A DNA stretch of 63,804 nucleotides, the filler included, from Octopus bimaculoides (taxonomy: Eukaryota), in NCBI RefSeq assembly GCF_001194135.2. It is 5 parts of 5 records of this genome, joined end to end, with 100 filler letters (N's around TTAATTAATTAA, not from the genome) between each part and the next. Parts side by side here need not be neighbours in the genome. Positions count along the whole stretch, not along the records: positions 47,478 to 59,920 come from NC_068988.1; positions 60,021 to 62,328 come from NW_026423812.1; positions 62,429 to 63,804 come from NW_026431033.1; 2 more parts are not named here. One strand, written 5' to 3'. The notes beneath the pieces are model-generated. The model was not told the DNA's origin. It searched no databases and worked only from the letters and a program-made list of their open reading frames with translations. Each line of letters begins with the position of its first letter. Positions within the stretch are counted from its first letter, which is position 1. Below are positions 51,788 to 63,804 of this stretch, piece after piece. A program made the translations under genes and the position numbers.

Positions 51788-52521
51788 TGGGCTTCTTTCA
51801 GTTTCCATCAACCAAATTCACTTACAAAATTTTTTGCAGAGTTAAGTAGAAGACATTTGTCCCAGGTGCCATGCTGTGGGACAGGACTTGAAACCATGTG
51901 ATTGGGAAGTAAACCCACACAGTCATGCCTACATCTAAGTATGATTAGTAAATTGTTGTAAGAGATTTAGCAGCTACATGAGTAAAGAAGTTTCTTATCT
52001 TGTTTGTGGAGTTTCTTTTGTAAAGGTCAGAAATTGTTGAAAGCAATTTGACTGTTGTATTGTGCAAGCCAAGTAAACATATATCAGCCCACTGACAGCT
52101 GAGATTTTTTTTGAGGGAGATTTGTCTGCTGTATTGAGCAGATAAAAATGCTATATTTTATGAGTTCATCTGAGGAAAAAAGGTAGTGCCTGTAGCATTT
52201 TTATGTTCATTCAAATTGGAGTGAGATAAATGTTATGGTTCTGTCTAAGCTCTCTTATTGGCTTATGTATCTCCAGTTTTAAAAATAGTTGGGTATATTT
52301 CTGAGAACATATGTTGAAAGTTGTTAAAGCATCAGATTTGTTTTGACATTTGGCACTCAGAGTTCAAAGCATGCTGAAGTCAACTTTACCTTTTATCCTT
52401 TTGAGGTTGATAAAAATGTATCAATTTAGGGTAGCAGACTATTAGATTTAAAAGAATATTGAATTGGATACATTGTTGTATTTGTTCTCTCTCTCTCTGT
52501 TCAAATCCTGCAATGGCTTAC

Positions 52522-52604
52522 CTTGGTAGTAAACTCAATTCATCACCTGATTCATCGTCATCATCATCACCTGGAACCAGTGGAGTCAGTTCCGTTGCAA
52601 GCAT
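52522..52604 (-). CDS. Candidate start-codon exon (MLATELTPLVPGDDDDDESGDELSLLP)
   Basis: ATG preceded by in-frame TAA; consensus donor AAG|GTAAGC; downstream exons not found. Confidence 0.3.
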
Positions 52605-52714
52605 TTAGACAAGATTTCCAGTTTGTACATACCGCTCTGTCCCCCCCCCCCTCATGCTAGTTTCTGAGGCCCAGGAAAGGGTTATGGGCACTGTTTTTCC
52701 CCCTGACTATCTCT

Positions 52715-53100
52715 TTTTTTACTTGTTTCAGTTATTAGAATGTGGCTATGCTGGGGCACCACCTTGAATTTTTAGTCAAATGAAACAACCCCAGTACATA
52801 TTTATTTATTTATTTTTTAAGCCTGGTACTTATTCTATTGCTAAGTTACGGGGACATAAACATACCAACACTGGTTGTCAAGTAGTGGTGGGAGACAAAC
52901 AGAGACACAATTACACACACACACACACACACACATGATGGGCTTCTTTCAGTTTCTGTCAACCATATCCACTCACAATGTTTTGATCAGTCTGAGGGTA
53001 TAGTAGAAGACACTTGCCCAGGGTGCCAAGCAGTGGGACTGAACCCAGAACCATGTAGTTGGGAAGCAAACCTTTTACCACACAACCATGCTTGTGCCCA
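52715..53100 (-). mobile_element. SINE family A with CpG decay
   Basis: Match to family A. Confidence 0.85.
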
Positions 53101-53428
53101 AAAAAGAAAAAATGCTGGAGAGATTTGGTTGCTGCATTGATCAGATAAATGACAACTATGTAGTAGATCCCTGAAAGCAGCAAATAATACCTGTTTTAAA
53201 GCTGTTTGTTGAAATAGCTTTGATTGCTATACTAAAACATTTGAAGTTAAAGCAATATTTAGAAGGTCCTTTGTTGGTTTGTAAATATAATTTATTATCT
53301 AGGATGGTGATTTCAGCAACTGGTCTTGTTAGTTGGCACTGTGTGTAATTTTCTGTGACATTACTGGTTTCTGAAAGTATGTCAATAAAAGGCAGAGCAT
53401 TTCATGATACAAATTCTGGAGGACAAAA

Positions 53429-53459
<31 letters not shown>

Positions 53460-53500
53460 CGCGCGTGTGTGTGTGTGTGTGTGCGTGTGTGCGTGTGTGC

Positions 53501-53556
<56 letters not shown>

Positions 53557-54059
53557 ACCTTAGCGAAACAGAGATTTTATTTTTGATGAAATTCAATTGT
53601 AAACAACATTCTCATCAGATGTTTTGGTCTTTAAAAGGAATCTTAATAGGTTGATTTATGATTCACTGCAGCTCAGTGACATTTAGATAAAGATATGTAT
53701 GACAGTTGACAACTCTCACTTGCACTGTCTTCATTTTCATATTAAGGCAAAAGAAATTCTGTTTTAACCTTGTGAATACCAACTGCAATTACAGAAATGT
53801 TTGGACAGAATTAAATAAGTGTATTTGCCGGGAATGTCAGTATAATTAAATCTTCAATTTCCAGTCTTTGGTCTTGTCTCAATGTTGATGGTAATGATGG
53901 TGGTGGTGGTGGTGGTGGTGGTGGTAATGGTGATGATGATAATAATTTTGTCTACTATGGGCACAAAGCCTTAAAATTCGTAGATGAGGGGCTAGTCAAC
54001 TGCATTTACCCCAGTGCTCCAGTGCTACTTATTTTATTGACCCTGAAGAAATGTATTTA

Positions 54060-54300
54060 GTCAGAGAGTTGAAGAGACTGTGAAAGACAAAGACAACAAT
54101 TATTGCTGTGGTAAATGGTACACTTGGTACAACACCTAAATTGCTATATAAGAGGCTGAGGGATATTGGAATTGAGACTCATTGCCAACCTGCAGAAAAG
54201 TGCCATCCTGTATTTTGTAAGAATCCTAAGAAAGATTCTTGAGATTTGAGGTGACTTGTTGTCACCAAGCCTCAAGATAATTAAATTAGCGTTAAAGAAT
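54060..54300 (+). mobile_element. 3' end of an R4/Dong-like LINE
   Basis: IIAVVNGTLG..LQKSAILYFVRILRKILEI* parallels the C-terminus at 960-1106. Confidence 0.7.
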
Positions 54301-54427
54301 ATTGTGTTTACAAAACATGCAGAGCTGGACAAACAAAATTATATGATGATGTGAGGAGGAGTAAAGATGGATTAAAAATTTGATGAAATAAAATACAGAA
54401 TAAGTGGAAAAGTATAATAAAACAATA

Positions 54428-55108
54428 TTTGTTGCCACTTCAACATGGCTGTTCCATACAGAATAAGGTTACTACTCTTTTAACCCCAGGAGGACACCTC
54501 CTACAGCTGGTTAACAACACAAAGCCTGTGTTCAATATATTGTGAGCAAGTGAGTGAACTCCTCCCATCCAGTGATGACAGGACCAGTAAACCAGAACTG
54601 GTTTAAGGGGCTTATCTTTCTTCAGTACTGGCAGTTGTTCATCCCAGTCTGTAATATATAAATAAACAAGAGCACTCAGAGAGTGCAAACCTCTGCCAAG
54701 GCAACACCAATGTCCTCTCAACAATTAGCCAGAGATGATTTTTAAAATGCAAATGTCTGAAATAAACTTGACTGCTCTCACAAACAAGAACACTAAAAAT
54801 GAACCTGACCGCTCTCAAAAACTAAGTAAAAGAAGTGGAAAAATTATCCAGAATCCTTGTCTTGTACTGGATTGATCCCAAAATCTAATCAGCTTGTGCC
54901 AGTCGTGAAGCTAAACATCCCCGAAAGTTTCATCTGAATCCATCCTGCAGTTCTAGAGATATCTTGTCCACGGACAAACAAATGCAACTGAAAACAATAC
55001 CTCCGCCTTTGCTAAGGTAGAGGTAATAAGTGACTTTCAGTCACTGGGATTGAAAAGGAGTAGTAACATAGTTCCGTACAGAACAGCCATGTTGAAGTGG
55101 CAAACAAA
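54428..55108. mobile_element. MITE-like element with ~55-bp inverted arms, hosting a Helentron-like insert
   Basis: gttgccacttcaacatggctgttcc..gttactactc versus gagtagtaac..gaacagccatgttgaagtggc. Confidence 0.75.
54666..55028 (+). mobile_element. Non-autonomous Helentron/HINE-like element
   Basis: 5' subterminal acctctgcc (54689) and 3' hairpin tacctccgcct-ttgct-aaggtagaggta (54998-55025) in A/T-run context, i.e. DINE-1/HINE architecture. Confidence 0.65.
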
Positions 55109-55486
55109 CAGTACTTTCCAGTAGAGTTACTACTCGCATCTCTTATAGAGATTTTAAAACTAGCTACTTTGCTTGTTGTACAGTAAAACACACAATAATT
55201 AAAACATGATACAACCGTAATCATTACATAAAATTATTTTGGATTACCCTCTCACCCACTGCTTGAACGTGTGTTAGGTCAAGTCAGAGTGTCTCGTGTT
55301 TCTGTTTGGTGACCAGATATTGTAATCGCTTGTTCATGGACGTCTCTCAGTCTGGGTCACCCCAAAAGAGACTCATATCTGTCAGTTAGAAATATTTTAT
55401 TCATTCATGAACCAATTATGTAGTTTTCACCAATATACAATCATTTGAATGTTTCACGATCATTATCCCTGTCATCATCATCCTCA

Positions 55487-55527
<41 letters not shown>

Positions 55528-56559
55528 TAATGTTGTTTGTTTTTGGTCCTGGCATGGATTGGACAGTTTGACAGTTTGAGCATGATCTGTATGGCTGGAT
55601 GCCCTTCTTAATGCCAACCACTTTAAAGTATGTATTGGGTGCTTTTTTCTCATGCCACCAGCACTATGAGATTACCACATAATTTGTAAGAGAGGAAAAG
55701 AACAAAAAAAGGAAAAAGCTCCCTCATCTAAGTGTGGAATGAATGAGTATTTGACAGTGAGGGAGGTTGCTTTTGACCAGGTGTTGGGAGGTTAATATAT
55801 GTTAGAGGGACAGGTGCAGGTGTCTTACTATAGAGAAGATACAAGGCTATCCTGCATTATATAAGAGTGGGTGGGAGTAGCTGGGAAGAAGATAAGATAG
55901 TAGTGATGGAGGTACCAGTGTAAACCCTCAAAGAGTAAGAAAGAGAGCATAAGAGAGGATACAGACAGTGGATTTGGAGGGGGAAGAGCTGTAAGAATGT
56001 GAGGGGAGCATAACAGATGGTTAGAGATGGGATGAGGTGAATGTAGTGTGATAAACAGTGGTGGATGTGTGTGTTGATGGGAAATATCAGTATGGTGGGG
56101 TAAGATGAGAGAGATAGAAGTGGACCAGGGATTACAGATCAGGAAGTAGGAGATGATGAGCAAGGGGTAGGAGCAATGAGTGGGAAAAAAGATGTAGAGG
56201 TACATTAGGGTGACTGTAGTTAGTGGGGGAGTGGTGGTGGATACAAGAGGGCATTGAGAGTGATAGCAGATATGAGAAGTGTTAAGATAAAGCAAGGCAG
56301 AGTGTCTGGTGAGATAACTGGAGATACAGGAAGGAGGTGACTGGTAAAAATAGTGTGGGAAGAGATGATAATGAGAGTGAGAAATGGAAGTGGTTCCAGG
56401 TGGAGGAAGGTAATAAATGATGGCACAAAGAATGGGGGTAGGGATGTAATATGTGCTGGGGAGGCTGAATGTAAAGGAAAAGAAGGGATTAGGGAGAAGT
56501 AGGTAATGCTTGATAGGACAACGGGTGTAGGGACGGGGGCCCAGTATATACAAGCTTTA

Positions 56560-57365
56560 GACAAAATATTTCATGATCTTATTTTTACCGTGATGGACAG
56601 GTCTTCTTGAGCACTGCAAACCATCAATCATCTTGGTCCTTTGTCATCTCCTTTGTGAGGTTCAGCATCTTGAGATCAACTTTTACTACTTCATCCCATG
56701 TCTTCCTGGGTCTCCATCTTCCACAAGTTGTGTCTATTTTAAGCAAGTGGCACTTGTTTATGTGGCTATGAATCACATAACTAGATCAGAGAAGTCTTCT
56801 TTCTTGCATACTATTGTGCCTGATTTTTTTTCTCAATACATTAGCACTTAATTATACAAGCACACTGACAATATAGAGAACATGTGAAGAGTAGAGAAGA
56901 ATAAGGCTAGAACTCTCTGTTGGATGCATACTGACATTCAGCACCCAACAGAATGTACTAGCTTCATTCCTCTCTAGTCTTCACATGTCCTCTACATTCA
57001 GGGCCCATGTCTCACTACCATGTAATATTACTGTTCTTACAATCATAAAATCTGATTTTCACTTGGGGAGAGAGGGATCTTTCGTTACCAACAGAAATAA
57101 TAGCTCTCTGAATTTTCTCCAGCCTATCTATTTTTAGAACATCTTCCTCCACTGCTTATTAGGTCACCTAGGCAACAAAAACTACTACCTCTAGGGAGCC
57201 TCCATGGCATTTGAGAAAATCTATTTTGTGTGTTTCCTTAGATTTTATATGTGCGTCTTCCATGTTCAACACTATTTTCTCTGTTAGCCTTCCTGTGATT
57301 CTACTGTACCTCTTGCACATCCATAGCTTCGTTGACTTTGTTTCCCCGCACTCCATATAACAAGT
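56560..57365 (-). mobile_element. RTE-like LINE 3' remnant
   Basis: CGRWRPRKTWDEVVKVDL..KDQDDW and TKLWMCKR..GSLEVV. Confidence 0.8.
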
Positions 57366-57471
57366 GAAACAACTCCTTATTATTGTTTTAAATGACTGTG
57401 AAACTGGTTGAGTCCCTGACTACAAGTTTTGCTTTTACTTTCCTTCCAGGAAGTTCTCTGAGAGGATTGTC

Positions 57472-58133
57472 GGATCTATTTCAAAACGGGAGCACCAGTT
57501 TTCATTTATGTTTTATGTAGTGTTTTTGGTACCGAAAGACTTTCAAACTTCGTATACTTATCTATTTTGTGTTATAGAACAGAAAAAAATTTTTGTATTC
57601 GAATTTATTTCATGTAAAAAATTGTCTTATTTCGATAATTTCTACTAATCACTGACGTCTATTCAGTTGAAAACAGTTAGCGCTGTAACAGTGTATATCG
57701 TATTAATCCCCTAACCCTAACCCTAACTAGACTGTTAACCCTAACCCTAACCCTAACCCTAAAACTAACCCTAACTCTAGAATCCGAACTCTAAAATTGT
57801 TACACACATAGATACGCACAGCGTAATTTATTATATAAACAATATATGCGTATAAATTACGATTAAACCGGATGAAATATGTCACAGGGAATAACATTTT
57901 TATGACCGCCCAGCAGTAACTCTATTCAGCTGAATAGATGTCAGTGATTGGTTGAAATTACAGAAATACGACAACTTTAACATGGAATAACTTGCGATGT
58001 ACGTTTTTTTGTTAAGAAGACTAAGAGTAAAAGATGTTTTATATGACACATTCTACCAGTGTCCCAAGTTTCAAAGTGTTTCGTTAGTGTTTCGTTATGA
58101 AAGTACTGGTGCCCCCCGTTTTGAAATAGATCC
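57472..58133. mobile_element. Merlin-like MITE with 8-bp TSD and internal (CCCTAA)n
   Basis: TIR ggatctatttcaaaacggg.gcaccagt at both ends; TSD GGATTGTC at 57464-57471 and 58134-58141; telomeric-type repeats at 57709-57775. Confidence 0.85.
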
Positions 58134-58840
58134 GGATTGTCTATAATTTTTTTTCTTTCTCTCTCTCACTGTTTTCTATTCTTCTACATGCTACATGCGT
58201 TAAATGAACACAGTTTCTGTTGTATGAGTGTGAACTCAACTCATTTACTGCATGCAAAATTTTAAATGATACGGAAACAGGATAATTAAATGAAGTGGGA
58301 AAGGAAGAAATATAAAGGATGTGGAAAATATATATGTGAGAACTGTTAGAGAGGGATGAACAGGAGAAAAGTGAGGACAGAGACAAAAATGAAAAGTAGA
58401 GGGAGATAAGAGATAACAAAATAAAAATGTTAATGGGGAAAACAGATCTTCAATTGTTTTAAGTGAATCATGAGCAACAACACAGTCAATGAAATACTTG
58501 ACATTGGGATTGTAGAGAGGAGTGTTGGAAAACTGAATTTATATGTCCTAAATGCAATCCACTTTGAATATTCTTTAGAAGCTATATAGTATCAGTATCT
58601 TCAAACTTATTTCTCTTAGGATCCGTCAGAGCCATGGTTGTGGGGTTAGGAAGTTTACTTTTTAACCATGTGGCTTCAGGGTTTTAGGTTCAGTTCCATT
58701 GTGTAGCATCTTGGACAGCTGACTTGTACCTTGGCCTCAGGCCAACCAAAACCATGTGAGTGGATTTGATAGTTGGAAAGCGAAAGAAGCCTATTGTGCA
58801 TGCATGTGTGTGTGTATGTGTGTTTATGCATGTATAATTG

Positions 58841-58879
<39 letters not shown>

Positions 58880-59883
58880 CTATATGGTGTGGGGCTAAGT
58901 GTGAGTGTGCTTTTGTCACCGTGTCATGACATTAAGTGTTAGATGTAAATGAGTGTCATACAGATATTGTGATTCATTTTCAGCACTAGTCATTGTTTCA
59001 ATTGATTATACTCTTTCCCCAAAAGGTGTGGCCTTGAACCTTTGATAAAAATCTACATTATAAAAATAGAAGTAAATGAAATTGGTATAATTACTTCTCT
59101 AACAATTAACTAAAATACCAGTCAAGTACTGGAGTTAATTTCAATATTTCTATGTCTAGCCTTGGGAAAATATTATTTTGCTAGGAAACGGATGATGTTG
59201 GTGACAAGAAGGGCATCTAGACATAGAAATTTTGCCTTGACAAATTCCATATGATCCATATAAGCATGGAAAGTGGTTGGTGTTACAAGGAGCATCTAAT
59301 CATAGAAAACATGCTAAAGCTGCCATTGGAGCTCAATGCAATCCAGTGACTTGATAAATTTTATCTAGCCCATGCCAGTATGGAAAATGAATCTTAAATG
59401 ATGATGATGATGATAATATATACTTAGCACTTTTAGTCTTTCCAATAGAGTAGAAGATGCTTTGCTAATGAGGTCCAATAATGCTTAAACATGTTGCTTT
59501 CACCAGTTGGCTTTAAAGACTCATCTGATCTGATTGAGTTATCTCACTTGTTTTGGTTTTATGCTTTAAATCTCCTTAGCAAGAGTTTTTGCTCATTAAT
59601 TGTTAATCTCACTTGACTGAAGTGTTATGAGTCACTGTATTGCACTTGGCACACACTAGCTGCAGATGTGTCTGTGTCAGAAGCCATGCTGAGGCACTGC
59701 ATGAAGATGTTCTTAGTCAAGCAATTGAACTCAGTACTTTTTTTGAGCTTGGTACTTATTCTATCTGTGTCTCTTCCAGAACTGTTAAGTTACAGGGAAG
59801 TAAACAAACCAACACAGGTTGTCAAGGGTGATGGGGGACAAAGAGAAACACACTGATATATATATATACATACACACACACAC

Positions 59884-59920
<37 letters not shown>

Positions 59921-60019
59921 NNNNNNNNNNNNNNNNNNNNNNNNNNNNNNNNNNNNNNNNNNNNTTAATTAATTAANNNNNNNNNNNNNNNNNNNNNNNN
60001 NNNNNNNNNNNNNNNNNNN

Positions 60020-61322
60020 NCACACACATACACACATATAAATACGTGTACTTATACATCAGCATATGTGCATAAATACATGCATATATGCATGTTTATA
60101 TACCTATATGTACACACACACACACATACACACACACATATTTATATAAATATATATACATTTATATAAACGCATATGCATATATATATATATATGTATA
60201 TGTTCTCATGGATTTCTTTATATAGTAACACATACCTTTACATACATCTGAACACACATGCATGCACGCATGTATCCATCGATCCATCAATGCATATATA
60301 TATATATATACGTACATATACATACATTCATGCAGTAATACGAGTATATATCAGTGTTTATGTGTGTACAGCTATGTAATCTACAGCGTTAAGCCATCAT
60401 AAAACCATTGGAAATGTTAGAGAAATGGAAAAAAAAAAAAATATGGCAGTTTTTTTGTAGTTGTCGTCTGCTTTCTTCCATTTCTCTATTTTGACTTGGG
60501 AACTTTCTGGAAAGACATTCTTACACTCTCTGCATTTATTGATTCTCTGCATCCATCTTTCAAACAATTGTGTGTGTATATATGTATATATATATATATA
60601 TNNNNNNNNNNNNNNNNNNNNNNNNNNNNNNNNNNNNNNNNNNNNNNNNNNNNNNNNNNNNNNNNNNNNNNNNNNNNNNNNNNNNNNNNNNNNNNNNNNN
60701 NNNNNNNNNNNNNNNNNNNNNNNNNNNNNNNNNNNNNNNNNNNNNNNNNNNNNNNNNNNNNNNNNNNNNNNNNNNNNNNNNNNNNNNNNNNNNNNNNNNN
60801 NNNNNNNNNNNNNNNNNNNNNNNNNNNNNNNNNNNNNNNNNNNNNNNNNNNNNNNNNNNNNNNNNNNNNNNNNNNNNNNNNNNNNNNNNNNNNNNNNNNN
60901 NNNNNNNNNNNNNNNNNNNNNNNNNNNNNNNNNNNNNNNNNNNNNNNNNNNNNNNNNNNNNNNNNNNNNNNNNNNNNNNNNNNNNNNNNNNNNNNNNNNN
61001 NNNNNNNNNNNNNNNNNNNNNNNNNNNNNNNNNNNNNNNNNNNNNNNNNNNNNNNNNNNNNNNNNNNNNNNNNNNNNNNNNNNNNNNNNNNNNNNNNNNN
61101 NNNNNNNNNNNNNNNNNNNNNNNNNNNNNNNNNNNNNNNNNNNNNNNNNNNNNNNNNNNNNNNNNNNNNNNNNNNNNNNNNNNNNNNNNNNNNNNNNNNN
61201 NNNNNNNNNNNNNNNNNNNNNNNNNNNNNNNNNNNNNNNNNNNNNNNNNNNNNNNNNNNNNNNNNNNNNNNNNNNNNNNNNNNNNNNNNNNNNNNNNNNN
61301 NNNNNNNNNNNNNNNNNNNNNN

Positions 61323-61372
<50 letters not shown>

Positions 61373-61517
61373 ACACAAACACAGAAGTGTGTGCAGGTTT
61401 GTGTATGGTGCATAATGGAGATATAAGCATGTGAATGCATGTATGTGTGTTTGTATGTGCCTCAGTGCATTTGTGCATGCATGTGAACACATGCTTGCAC
61501 ACATATATATATATATA

Positions 61518-61554
<37 letters not shown>

Positions 61555-61800
61555 GGGGAGAGAGAGAGAGATACACTCATGCACATGAGGTGGTTACACT
61601 AATGTATATATGTGTGTCTATCCATGTATGTATGCGTGAATGTGTATATATACCCATGTATCCGTGTGTGCATATGTTTAAGTGGAGTTTTTCTTAATAT
61701 TTTCATCAGCAAAGTTTGTGTATATAGTGCGTGATGTGTGTGTGTGTGCATGTGTGTCAGTCTGTTTGCATATAGGTGTATGTATGTGTTTATATGTGTG

Positions 61801-61845
<45 letters not shown>

Positions 61846-62098
61846 ATATAAGCGATTGTGTGTCTATTGAATGACATGTGATTCGACTAGTTGTCTTTAT
61901 GCCCATGTGTGTGAGTGTGTGAGCAAATAAGTGAATCCATGTGTAGAAGATTGAGCTGAGCGCAAACATGCATGTATGCGTTACGCAGAAGCTTTCACAT
62001 ACGAATATCTGGATATTTTTAATACTTGTGTATGACAAAAAAACTGCATATGCACACATATATACCTAAATATATGCATAAATAAAAATGTATGTCTG

Positions 62099-62150
<52 letters not shown>
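60020..62150. repeat. (TA)/(CA)/(TG) low-complexity tracts and a 720-nt gap
   Basis: Direct reading. Confidence 0.9.
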
Positions 62151-62428
62151 CACACAAGTGCATGCCTTGATGTAGAGTATAATATAATTGAAGAGAGCAA
62201 TTCCCAAAATAGGTAAAGAAAAAAAAAAACCAAACGAAACCAAAGGAAAAAAAATGGCGACAACATCGGCAACAACAACAACGACAAAAACCACCGCAAC
62301 AACAACAAGGAAACAAAAATAATTCAATNNNNNNNNNNNNNNNNNNNNNNNNNNNNNNNNNNNNNNNNNNNNTTAATTAATTAANNNNNNNNNNNNNNNN
62401 NNNNNNNNNNNNNNNNNNNNNNNNNNNN

Positions 62429-62459
<31 letters not shown>

Positions 62460-62469
<10 letters not shown>

Positions 62470-62830
62470 GTGCGTTTTTATTTCTGTCTTTACCCACCAG
62501 CATCGCTTGACAACGGGTGTTGGTGTGTTTAGGTCCCCGTAACTTAGTGGTTCGGATAAAGAGATCGATAGAATAAATATCAGGCTTTAAAAAATACAAG
62601 TACTTGTGTCGATTCGTTTGACTAAAAGCTTTTCAAGGTTGCAGTCTAATGACCGAAACAAGCAAAGGATAAAACGACGGGCTTCCTTCAGTTTCCATCA
62701 ACCAAATCTACTCACGAGGCTTTGGTCTGCCATAGGCTACAGTAGACTTGTCCAAGGTGCCATGCAGTGGGACTGAACTCGGAACCATATGGTTGGGAAG
62801 CAAACTTCACACCACATGGCCACACTTGCA
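62460..62830. mobile_element. Tail(+)/head(-) composite of SINE family A
   Basis: Tail at 62470-62675 on plus, head at 62675-62830 on minus; many CpGs retained. Confidence 0.8.
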
Positions 62831-63236
62831 CCGATTATACGTTTATTTGTTTTACATGAAAAGTGCGTTTTCCACACTGCAAAATACGGTATTGGTATCT
62901 TTGAACGACATTGTGCTTGTTTTAAAAGTGTAAGCGGGGAAAGTACAATGAAATAGATGGATATTTCGTTGACTTGGATTATTGAACTCAATTTCTTTCG
63001 CAATAAAAGCTACTAACACTGCTGTATCTCTGTTTAAAGATTCAGAGATTTATATCCCGGCTACATAATCCGAGAGAAACCTGAGATAAAGAATACGCCC
63101 TTTTAAATCCTTTTGATTCGGAGAAAGATTAGCCTCGTTCGGTTTAAAACTGACCTACAAGAGACGCTTAACATCTAGGAAGATGTTTTGAGAACGATGG
63201 ACAAAACGAAAAATAAAATCTAACGATATTTAATTA

Positions 63237-63743
63237 CGATTAGTTTCACGTTAGCCTTAGTGTGTAGCTGGCTATTTGAGATCGTATTCGGCCAGCAGAT
63301 CTTCAAAATTTCTCGTAAATATTTATTTTGAAACACCTCCAATTTCTTTTCAATACTTTTGGTTGTTTTCCAACATTCGGATCCATAAAGGAGGACGCTC
63401 AGTATGTTGCTTTTGTGAAATCGTATTTTGGTGCTCTTCTTGAGTACTGATGATTCCCATATTGAGTTTAACATAATAAGAAGAGAAACTATTGAAGCAA
63501 AGAGAGGGAAATGGTTGGGTCGAGTTTGTCGCTATAAACAGGGCTCAATTGTCAGGATCGCCTTGCAACGGGTCTCACAAAGTAAAAGAAGATGTGGCGG
63601 AGAACAATAACAAAAGATCTTAGAAGCAGAAGGGTTAACAATGGAACAAATTGTCAAAACGCTTTCAGTGTTAGAAGGTGGAACGATCTTGCTGCCGCCT
63701 CAGGTGCCACAAGGCACAATGAGAACCGAAGGAATGAATGAAT
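63237..63743 (+). mobile_element. 5'-truncated RTE LINE with inverted 5' segment
   Basis: 63237-63480 encodes IWESS..VLLYGSECW..ISNSQLHTKANVKLI on minus; 63481 onward encodes RETIEAKRGKWLGRVCR.. on plus and ends in a (TGAA)n tail. Confidence 0.85.
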
Positions 63744-63804
63744 TTAAGGGGGCCAGCTGGCAGAAACGTTAGCACGCTGGACGAGATGCTTAGCGGTATT
63801 TCGT

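Noticed and set aside
54440-54724. ORF DWDEQLPVLKKDKPLKPVLVYW.. with esterase/integrase-like words
   Set aside because: Lies inside the MITE and overlaps the Helentron-like end; motifs do not extend.
55828-56564. 241-aa H/P/L/S-rich minus ORF
   Set aside because: Stop-poor by composition (purine-rich plus strand); likely a low-complexity TE remnant.
57709-57775. Telomere or chromosome end
   Set aside because: Short, interrupted and internal to a TIR element.

Overview
AT-rich eukaryotic genomic DNA with many microsatellites and assembly gaps. The SINE families and repeat content suggest an octopus (coleoid cephalopod); this is inference. Most of the window is transposon debris: R4/Dong-type RLE LINEs in (TAA)n, RTE LINEs (one with a twin-priming-like inversion), Penelope-like fragments carrying hammerhead ribozymes, mariner/Tc1/Tigger/hAT/Chapaev-like DNA transposons, a Merlin-like MITE with telomeric repeats, a Helentron-like element, a Gypsy remnant and several tRNA-derived SINE families. 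No long intact host ORF exists, and nearly all ORFs in the supplied track are microsatellite, gap or antisense-TE artefacts. A CpG-retaining putative promoter (CCAAT plus CTCF-like motif) at ~33.9 kb lies between two CpG-depleted domains that look like methylated gene bodies. By eye I reconstructed a tentative minus-strand multi-exon gene (~33.8 to 17.5 kb) and scattered candidate exons elsewhere. All gene models are low confidence and need RNA-seq.
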